Below, piece after piece: positions 1 through 8,000 of a stretch of DNA of 64,000 nt. This stretch comes from Planctomycetota bacterium (GTDB lineage: Bacteria > Planctomycetota > UBA1135 > UBA2386). A program made the position numbers and the translations under genes. The notes under the pieces were generated by a model. That model was not told the DNA's origin. It worked only from the letters and a program-made list of their open reading frames with translations, and searched no databases. Position 1 is the stretch's first letter; every line of letters starts with the position of its first letter. The stretch lies in contig JBKAGP010000001.1 in assembly GCA_046290465.1 (NCBI GenBank), positions 864,001-928,000 on the forward strand, read 5' to 3'.

Positions 1-802
1 TCGGCAGGCCGTCGTCACCGAGTTCGGTGTCGACGATCTCGTCGAGGTCGCGTTCGACACTGGCGGTGCCGGCCTCGGCCGCGACGGCGGCCTGCGCGGC
101 CTCGGCGTCGATCTCGTCGCTCTCCGGGGCCTCGGCCTCGGCGGCTTCCGGTTCGTCGGCCTGCTCGGTCTCGTCGACCTGTGCTTCCTCGTCGACCTGG
201 GTTTCCTGGTCGACCTGGGCTTCCTGGTCGACCTGGGCTTCCTGGTCGACCTGGGCTTCCTGGTCGACCTGGGCTTCCTGGTCGACCGGCTCGGCCTCGA
301 CGCCTTGTTCCGTCTCGACGTCCAGGTCGGTCTCCGCCGCAGCCCCTTCCGCCGTTGCAGGATCTTCGTGCTCGGCGGGCTCGCCGTCGGCTTCGTCGGC
401 CTCCTGCTCGGCGCGTTCGTCCTGCTCGCCAGAATCCTGGCGAGCTGAATCCTGATGCTCAGAATCCTCGTGCCCAGAACCTTGCTCGTGCGCACCTTGC
501 TCGTGCGCACCTTGCTCGTGCGCACCTTGCTCGTGCGCACCAGGCGCGTCGCCGAGCGGTTCGTCCAGCTCGCTGCTGGCCATCACCAGTTCATCCTCGA
601 CCGGCTCCGGCTGCACGCGATCGGCGAGGAACTGGGCCCCCATGCCGGCGAGGCGGTCGCCCAGCGCGAGCGATTCGTCGGCCTGGTCGTCGCCGACCAA
701 CCCTCGCTCGAACCTGACCAACTCTTCCGGACCTTTCTGCTGCGCGCTGACCGGAGCTGCGCCGGAATCATCCGGCGGCAACTCACGCGAGATGTCGTCC
801 AT
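1..802 (-). CDS. Very acidic low-complexity protein, N-terminal part (runs off the left window edge); function unknown
   Basis: Own translation (not in ORF track): ATG at 802, open for 267 codons to the edge, MDDISRELPPDDSG...(GAHEQ)x4...(QEAQVD)x6...ERDLDEIVDTELGDDGLP; TAGATT box 6 nt upstream of ATG. Confidence 0.8.
   Translation of the reverse strand, partial: MDDISRELPPDDSGAAPVSAQQKGPEELVRFERGLVGDDQADESLALGDRLAGMGAQFLADRVQPEPVEDELVMASSELDEPLGDAPGAHEQGAHEQGAHEQGAHEQGSGHEDSEHQDSARQDSGEQDERAEQEADEADGEPAEHEDPATAEGAAAETDLDVETEQGVEAEPVDQEAQVDQEAQVDQEAQVDQEAQVDQETQVDEEAQVDETEQADEPEAAEAEAPESDEIDAEAAQAAVAAEAGTASVERDLDEIVDTELGDDGLP
173..287. repeat. In-frame 18-bp tandem repeat, about 6.4 copies of GTCGACCTGGGCTTCCTG, encoding QEAQVD on the minus strand
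   Basis: Units start at 173, 191, 209, 227, 245, 263, partial at 281; first two units slightly degenerate. Confidence 0.95.
481..540. repeat. In-frame 15-bp tandem repeat, 4 perfect copies of CTTGCTCGTGCGCAC, encoding GAHEQ on the minus strand
   Basis: Directly visible. Confidence 0.95.
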
Positions 803-833
803 GCGGCAAATCTAGCAGGACGAAAGCCTGGAG

Positions 834-1862
834 TCACTTGCCGGACTCCTGCGACTTCCGCTCTTCTTCGTTGCGCCAGCGCATCGTGTAGGCCGTCGTC
901 TCCAGCGGCGAGATCGGCTGCTGCTCCAGGTCGGCGTCGATCTCGGCCCGCACCTGCTCGAACGGCACGTCGCGGCCGGGACGGTGCTCGAGGCAGTAGA
1001 CCACGAACCAGCGCTGCTCGCCGCCCCAGGTGGCCTCGAACGGCTCGCAGACCTCGCCGGCCTGCAGCTCGAACGCGTGGGTCGCGGCCGGGTGCCGGAA
1101 GCCCTCGCCGAAGGCCGGCAACAGGCCGCCGTCGCGACGCGACGGGTCCTCGGACCAGCGCAGCGCCAGCGTCGCGAAGTCGGCGCCGACCCGCACCTTG
1201 TCGACGACCTCCTGGGCGACCTTGCGGTCCTTGTGCACCAGGAACCGCACCTGCACGCGGTCCTCGCGCAGCGCCAGGTAGCGCAGCACGTAGCCCTGGT
1301 AGAGCCGCTGCGCCGTGCGCAGCCGCAGGGCCGCCTGCCAGTCCCCTTCGCGCATGCCGAACAGCCGCCAGACGTAGTCAACGAACGTCACGCCCTCGAG
1401 CTCGGCCTGCACCTGCCGGCGGAGTTCGCGTTCTTCCTCGGACGCCAGCTCCTCGACGCGCGCTTCGCTGACCCGGATGCCGTACTGCTCGGCATGGCGC
1501 GCCACCAGCACGTCGAACACCAGCAGGTCGACCGCCGACAGCGCCAGCTTCGGGTGCGCGCTCAGCAGCCGCGTGTAGGCGTGGCTCTGCCGCAGCACCA
1601 GCGAACCGACGCGCGCGACCTCGGCGTCGCCGGCAGCCGGATCCGGCAGCAGGATCTCGGGGCCGAGGCCCTCGGCGAAGCGCGGCGGCTGCGGTGCGGC
1701 GATGACCGGCGGCTGGTCGGGCAGCGGGTCACGGCCGCCGCCGCGCGTGCCGTCCCCGCCACCGAGCGGCGGCAGCCGTTGGGGCCCGCCGGCGCACGCG
1801 GCCAGCGACAGCACCGCCAGCAGCAGGCAGCGCCGGTGCCCTCGGCGAGCCGGCACCGGCAC
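834..1862 (-). CDS. PpiC/parvulin-type peptidyl-prolyl isomerase lipoprotein (SurA/PrsA-like foldase)
   Basis: GTG overlapping upstream TAG; lipobox LSLAAC; rotamase motif GADFATLALRWSEDPSRRDGGLL...F; FEQVRAEI. Confidence 0.8.
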   Translation of the reverse strand: MPVPARRGHRRCLLLAVLSLAACAGGPQRLPPLGGGDGTRGGGRDPLPDQPPVIAAPQPPRFAEGLGPEILLPDPAAGDAEVARVGSLVLRQSHAYTRLLSAHPKLALSAVDLLVFDVLVARHAEQYGIRVSEARVEELASEEERELRRQVQAELEGVTFVDYVWRLFGMREGDWQAALRLRTAQRLYQGYVLRYLALREDRVQVRFLVHKDRKVAQEVVDKVRVGADFATLALRWSEDPSRRDGGLLPAFGEGFRHPAATHAFELQAGEVCEPFEATWGGEQRWFVVYCLEHRPGRDVPFEQVRAEIDADLEQQPISPLETTAYTMRWRNEEERKSQESGK

Positions 1863-3361
1863 TAGTACGCCTTGAAGCTGCGCACCCACTTGGTGTTCTG
1901 GCAGAGGTAGCACTTCATGCGCACCATCTTGCCCTCGGGGCCGATCTCCGGGGTGGTGCCCGCGCCGTAGCACGAGATGCACTGCTGCGCGGTCGCGAAC
2001 TTGACCTTCAGCTGGCCGCCGTACTCGGCGTAGTAGGCCCGCAGCCAGCTGGCCTGCTCGGACTTGCTGGCGTCGCTCCACCAGCCCTCCTCGGTCTGCT
2101 CGCGCTGGCCGCCCTGCTGGGCCTGGCCGCGGCGGCGTTCCATCGCCTGCCGCAGCAGCTTGGCGAAGCGCTCGATGTTGCGGTCGTTGCCGCCACCGGC
2201 GTTGTCCTGCTTGTTGGCGTCCTGCTTGTCCTTGGCCTTGCCGGCGGCCGTGTCCTTGAGGATCTCCTTCTCGCCGAGCACCCACGAGCCGACGCCGTAG
2301 GCGAAGTACTCGGTGCGCTTGCCGATCGGGTACTCCTCGCGCTTCTCCCACATCGACTTGATCTCGGCCTCCTCGAGCTCGAGCGACTTGACCAGCCGTT
2401 CGACGATCTTGTCGGTCATCTCGTTCTCGGCGAAGTCGCGCGCCGCCTGCAGCGTCAGGCCGCCCTCGGAGATCGCCTTCTTGGCGACCAGCTGGATCGA
2501 CTTGCGCCACTGGTCAGCGACCTTCTGGGTCAGGTAGCGATCGCGGGCCTTGTCGAAGCGGTCCTTGGCGCGATCGAACTCGGCCTTCAGCTTGCTGTTC
2601 GGAAACTCCTTCTCGAACGTCGCGACCAGCTCGACGCCCTTCTGGAAGTCCTTCAGCTTGCCGCGGCTGCGGTAGGCCTGCAGCTGCTCGATCATGCCCA
2701 GCTCCTTGGCCGCGGCCTTGTAGCGCTTCAGCCGGTCGATCAGCTTGTCGAGCCGGGCCGGATCGGTGGCGTTGCCGAGGTCCTTGGCCTGGTCGAGGTG
2801 CTCCGAGGCGCGGTCGTAGTCGCGGAACTTGACCAGCTCCTCGGCCAGCAGCATGTGCTTGTTGGCGTCCTCACCGGGCGCGAACCTGGCGAGCGCGTCG
2901 GTGTAGAACTCCTCCTTGGTGTAGACCTGCGTGGCCGGCACCTCGATCGTGCGCACGCCCTTCAGGTTGCGGCGCGGGACCGGATAGGGCACGCCCTTGG
3001 CCTGCACGACCAGCGGATCGCCCGACGGGTCGGTGATCCGGCCGATCACGGTCTGGCGGGTGCCGTTGCTCAGGTAGACGACCTCGGTCGCGCGCACCAG
3101 GACCTCGTCCTGGGCGTCGCCGATCAGGTCGAACTCCTTCTTCCAGCGGGTCGCGCTGGCCGTGCTGAGGTGGTCCCAGCGCAGGTCGAGCATGCCGCCG
3201 TTGTCGAGGCGGCGCACGCGCAGGCCTTCGCCGTCGGCGTTCTCGACCGACGCCAACAGCACGCGGCCGTCGGCGAGCTGCACGGACTGTGCGGTCGCCT
3301 GCGGCAGCAGGAACGCGAACAGCGCCGCCGCGGCGGCGAGGACGGGGAGCAGACGTTGCAT
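1862..3361 (-). CDS. Secreted hypothetical protein with helical core and C-terminal CxxCxGxG...CxxC zinc-finger-like motif (alternative starts 3367/3370)
   Basis: Signal peptide ending ATA-Q; CISCYGAG...KCYLCQNTK; GAGGTG upstream of ATG 3361. Confidence 0.75.
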   Translation of the reverse strand: MQRLLPVLAAAAALFAFLLPQATAQSVQLADGRVLLASVENADGEGLRVRRLDNGGMLDLRWDHLSTASATRWKKEFDLIGDAQDEVLVRATEVVYLSNGTRQTVIGRITDPSGDPLVVQAKGVPYPVPRRNLKGVRTIEVPATQVYTKEEFYTDALARFAPGEDANKHMLLAEELVKFRDYDRASEHLDQAKDLGNATDPARLDKLIDRLKRYKAAAKELGMIEQLQAYRSRGKLKDFQKGVELVATFEKEFPNSKLKAEFDRAKDRFDKARDRYLTQKVADQWRKSIQLVAKKAISEGGLTLQAARDFAENEMTDKIVERLVKSLELEEAEIKSMWEKREEYPIGKRTEYFAYGVGSWVLGEKEILKDTAAGKAKDKQDANKQDNAGGGNDRNIERFAKLLRQAMERRRGQAQQGGQREQTEEGWWSDASKSEQASWLRAYYAEYGGQLKVKFATAQQCISCYGAGTTPEIGPEGKMVRMKCYLCQNTKWVRSFKAY

Positions 3362-3398
3362 CGACATCACCTCTTGGATCTAGCTGGTTCGGGGGGCG

Positions 3399-3869
3399 CT
3401 AGCGGGGAGCCTCCGCGGCCCCTTCCTGGAACGACAGGACCCGGTCGCGCATCGGCAGCTGCCGCGGCACGATCCGAAGGAACTGCTCGACCACCGGCTC
3501 GCCTTCTTCAAGCCACCTGGCCTCGATCTTGACGAGCCACAGCAGCGGCCGGTTCTCGTCCTCGGTCGCCGTGGCCGACCACGTCATGCCGGGGAAGCCC
3601 GGCACCGGCTGGTCGATCAGCGGCACGAACTCAAGCTGGTCCGGCGTGCTGCTGCCGCTGACCGAGCGGATCGACTCGTAGCGCACGCGGTGCATCGCGA
3701 GGTCGCACAGCGCGGTCAGCTCGTGGCGCGCGTCGGTGGTCCGCCGCTGGCTGATGCTCGACGACAGCGCGCCGAGCAGCGCGGTCACGCCGAACAGCAG
3801 GATCGCCAGCGCCGCCAGCATCTCGGCGAGCGTGAAGCCGCCTTCGTCTCGGTTGGTTCGGCTAGCCAT
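3399..3869 (-). CDS. Prepilin-type minor (pseudo)pilin, PilV/GspI-like
   Basis: MASRTNRDEGG|FTLAEMLAALAILLFG class III signal peptide; 156 aa; LWLVKIEARW terminal strand. Confidence 0.85.
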   Translation of the reverse strand: MASRTNRDEGGFTLAEMLAALAILLFGVTALLGALSSSISQRRTTDARHELTALCDLAMHRVRYESIRSVSGSSTPDQLEFVPLIDQPVPGFPGMTWSATATEDENRPLLWLVKIEARWLEEGEPVVEQFLRIVPRQLPMRDRVLSFQEGAAEAPR

Positions 3870-5088
3870 TCCAGTCGTCCTTGGCGTGCAGCACGGGCAC
3901 GACGAACTCGACCGTGCGGCCGACGTTGACGACCGTGCCGGCCTGGTGTTCGAGGATCTTGGTGGCGCGCTGGCCGCGCTTGCAGCCGACCAGGCGGTCG
4001 CCGTCGAGCTCCGCGTAGCGGATCCACTCGGCACCGAGCTTGACGTAGCCGCCGTCCGGGTTGCCCGGGAACGACGTGCCGTCGTACAGGTAGATGCTGG
4101 TGTCCTCGGCGCCGAGGAAGCTCGCCAGCACGCCCTCGGGGCTCGCGTCGCGGTCCTGCGCCACCACCACGCGCACCAGGATGCCGTGCGGATGGATGTC
4201 GTCGGTCGGGTCGTCCTCGCTGGCAGGGCCGAGGTCGAACGCGAACTCGCCGCCGCTCTGCCGGTCGACCAGCCAGCCGCCGCGCGCGCTGTCCCAGATC
4301 GCCTGCGGGAACTGCAGGTTGCCGGCGGCACCCGACTGGTAGCCGTGCAACGGCCCGCGCTCGTCGCCCCACGACGTCGTGCGCTGCGACCACAGGCCGA
4401 ACTCGACGTGCAGCAGGTCCTGCAGGATCGGCTCGGTTAGCTCGAAGACGGTCAGGCCCGGCAGCTCGTCGCCGCCCGGCACGATCACGTCGAACGGATC
4501 GACGAAGCTGTCGACGCCGGCGGGGATCTGCTGGCCCGGCAGGAACCAGCCGGCGCGCAGTTCGAGCAGCGCGTCGTCGTCGCCCTCCTGGCGCCACGGC
4601 AGCATCAGCAGGTTGCCGATGCCGCGCAGCGGTTCGACCGCGGCCCGCTTCTGGACCTCGGCGACGATCTCCTCCGGCGTCAGCCCCGGGTCCTGCTCGA
4701 ACACGTCGGCGGCCAGCCGCTTGCCGACGATGGCGAGCTCGCGGGCCGGATCGAGGTGCACTGCGCCGCGCAGCACCTGCACCAGCGTCGCGCCCCGCTC
4801 GGGCGCGCGCGGCAGGCCGATCGGCAGCATCTGCACGACCAGGCGGTCCTCGACCTCGGTGCGGTCGCGGCCGGTCGAGCTGCCGCGCAGGCGTGAGAGT
4901 TCCTGACGCACGACCTGCTGGGCGCGCGCGCCGCGGTCGGCCAGCACCTGGCTGGTCTCGCCGTCCCGGAACATCGTCAGGCCACTGTCGACCAGCGACA
5001 CCAGCATCACCAGGAAGCCGCTCAGGATGCCCATCACGACCAGCAGTTCGATCAGGGTGAAGCCGTGCTGTTGCGTGCGTGCGTTCAT
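3862..5088 (-). CDS. Prepilin-type minor (pseudo)pilin, PilW/GspJ-like, 408 aa, with one C-terminal beta repeat
   Basis: MNARTQQHG|FTLIELLVVMGILSG; ATGA overlap with upstream gene. Confidence 0.85.
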   Translation of the reverse strand: MNARTQQHGFTLIELLVVMGILSGFLVMLVSLVDSGLTMFRDGETSQVLADRGARAQQVVRQELSRLRGSSTGRDRTEVEDRLVVQMLPIGLPRAPERGATLVQVLRGAVHLDPARELAIVGKRLAADVFEQDPGLTPEEIVAEVQKRAAVEPLRGIGNLLMLPWRQEGDDDALLELRAGWFLPGQQIPAGVDSFVDPFDVIVPGGDELPGLTVFELTEPILQDLLHVEFGLWSQRTTSWGDERGPLHGYQSGAAGNLQFPQAIWDSARGGWLVDRQSGGEFAFDLGPASEDDPTDDIHPHGILVRVVVAQDRDASPEGVLASFLGAEDTSIYLYDGTSFPGNPDGGYVKLGAEWIRYAELDGDRLVGCKRGQRATKILEHQAGTVVNVGRTVEFVVPVLHAKDDWNG

Positions 5089-8000
5089 CGCGCGGTCACC
5101 TGCTCGTCGAGGATGCGGCTCTGGCCTTCGTACTGCACGCGCACGTCCTCGACCCGCGCCGACGTCTTCCAGCCGTGCTGGGTGAACGCCTGCAGGTCGA
5201 GGCAGCCGGGCTGGTAGACCGTGTGGAAGCGGACCTCCAGGCGCGATGCCTGCCGGCCGATGCGGTGCGGCTTGCTGTCGGACGAACCGCCGGAGAACTC
5301 CCACAGCCCGGGGAACTCGTCGGGCACCGCCGTCCACGGCGCCAGGCTGTCGGTGCGCACCCGGCAGATCACGCGCACGCGCGGATCGATGGTCTCCTCG
5401 CGCCACTGCAGGTCGCGGTAGTAGACCGGCGCCTCGTTGGTCGTGAACTGGAAGTAGCTCAGCTCCGGATCGTCGCTGAAGTCCGCGTAGCGGTCCCAGT
5501 GACGGAACGGGAACTGGATCACCACCTCGCCGCTCGCGGCTCCCTGCGGCGCCGTGCCGTAGCGGCCGCGGAACAGGCCGCGCGCCGCCGACGTGCTGGT
5601 GTCGACGGTGCCGTCCGGATTCGGCGGATACCAGTTGGGCATCTCGAGCGTGTTCGCGTTGCGCCGCGACCAGCTGTAGTGCAGCAGTTCCTGGCCCATC
5701 AGCAGCGTGCCCGCGAGCGGCAGCGGCCCGATGTCCTGCACCGTCAGCACCGACTCGTTGCCGCCGACGCCGCCGGCCAGGATCGCCGCCGGCCGGTGCG
5801 ACAGGAACTTGACCCGCGCGCCGCGGTCGTGGCCGCGCGCCTCGGTGTTCAACAGGCCGCGACCGTTGTTCGCGATCGTGAACACGCCGTTGGCGCGCGC
5901 CGAGTACGCCATCACCTCGTCGTCGACCTGGATCAGGCCACCGGACTCCGGGAACCTGGCGCTGAGGTCGGCGCCGCCGGCCCACAGCGCCCCGAGCGAC
6001 GTGTTGGTGAAGAACGGGTTGGTCGTCAACTGCTGCGCGTTGGCGTCCATGATCTCGTCGAGCACCAGGTCGGGCGCGACGTGCGAGACCACCTCGACCT
6101 CGTCGACGACGCCCTGCATCTGCTGCTCGCCGTTGACGCCGCCGCCGATCGACGGGTTCGGACAGAAGGCCGCCGGCAGCTCGCCGCTCGGGAACTTGAC
6201 GATCCGGTCGTACTGGCGCGGATCCTGGATCTGGGTGTTCTGCGGCGGGCCGATGTACTGGTTGCGCACCTCGTCGCGGAACGCGATCAGCTGGAACGGC
6301 TTGGGCCCGAACAGCTCGGGCGGCGTGCGGTCCTGCTGCAGGTTGTCCGAGCCGAACCGGCGCGCCCCCCACGTGCAGGTGTGCCACTCGACCGCCGGCC
6401 GCGACGTGCCGCTCGCGACCGAGCCCTGCACCAGAGCGACGCGGTCGTGGCGTCCGACCCGGCCGGTGTAGGCGCCGTAGTTGCCCCACAGCAGCTGCAC
6501 CCGCTGGCACTGCGTCACCTGCGCGTTGTTCTGCGGGTGCGACGACGTGCCGGTGAACGGATCGCCGCGGAACGCCAGCCGGCGACGCGCCCAGTGGATC
6601 TGCGGGAACGTGCTCTCGAGCTGCGGCGTGTAGCCGATGAAGTTGGCCGACGCGGTGACCGTGCCCCACGGCGGCGTGGTCGGCACCGTCGGGGCGTCGG
6701 GGCCGAGCTGGCCGATGCCGACCCGGGTGCGCGTCACGGTCCGGGTCAGCTCCTGGAACAGGCTCTGCCAGGCGCTGCGGTTGCCGCGCACCAGGAAGCG
6801 GTTGTCGGCGATCGCGTCGTAGCGCACCCACTCGAGGTCGGCGTCCTGGCCGGCCGGCAGCAGCTGCACCCACTCGCTGGTGTTGGTGACCGCCGGGTCC
6901 CAGATGACGTTGGCGTTCTGCACCGTGATCGACACCGGCACCACCCACAGGATGCGCGTCGGCAGGTCGTCCCAGGTGCCCTCGCCACCGGCGAGCTGCC
7001 AGTCGTTCGGGTAGTCGGTGATGAACTTGCGGGCCTGGGCGTTGTAGAGATCGTTGCTGATCCGGTTGTCCTCGCCCGGCAGCGTCTGCGCGCGCTGCAC
7101 GTTGACCAGCCGCGTGCCCTGCCGCGACGCGTAGCGGATCAGTTCGATGCCGCCGACCTCGGCCGGCGTGCCGCTGATCTGGCCGTTGGTGTTGTTCTCG
7201 AAGCCGATGCGCTCCTGCAGCAGCAGCGCGTAGCCGCCGCTGGTCGAGAACGCGCTGGCGATCTCGTCGGACGCGTTCGGCGGCGGCTGGTCGTCGCCGG
7301 TCGGCACCGGGTCGGCGAGCTCGAGGTCGCCGGTCCAGTTCTCGTCGATGCCAACGCCGACCGGGATCGGCGGGCCCTGCAGCGGCACCAGCGAGATCGG
7401 ATCGGGGTTGCTGACGAAGCCGCGCGCGACCGCGAACTGGCCGATCGCGTCGGCCAGCTGGGTCTTGCCGACCATCATCGGCGTGTCTTCGGTCAGCACC
7501 GCGCCGTAGCCGTACAGCTCGACCAGCGAACCGACCGGGTGCTCCGGGAACACGTCGAGGTTGAGGCCCTGGAACTGCGGGTCGTTGACATCGACCGTCG
7601 GTTCGCCGTTCTGGTCGACCGGGATGTTCGGGCGGTGCTCGCGACCGATCTGGCGCGCGCCGCGCCCGCCGAGCGAATCGCGCCACTCGCAGACGAACGT
7701 GTTGCCGCTGATCGACGAGTACTCGAACAGCTCGAGGCCGATGCGCAGCACGCCGACCTGCGGAAAGTTCTCGGTCGACTCGACGGTGATGCTGAGGAAC
7801 CGTTCGTTGCCGTTGGTGGCGTTGGGGTCCTGGCCGTAGCCGACCGAGTTGTTGGCCAGCGTCGGGTCGAACGCCGGGATCGGCGCCGACAGGTAGGTGC
7901 AGTAGTTGCGCTTGCCGCGCGTCATGCCATCGACGAACACCGACATGTCGCCGGGCCGGCCGGTCGGCGCGCTGACGTTGAGGTGCACCGGCGTGTTGGC

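Noticed and set aside
173..540. Tandem repeats as a CRISPR array
   Set aside because: Units are contiguous with no spacers, are multiples of 3 inside a CDS, and no cas genes are present
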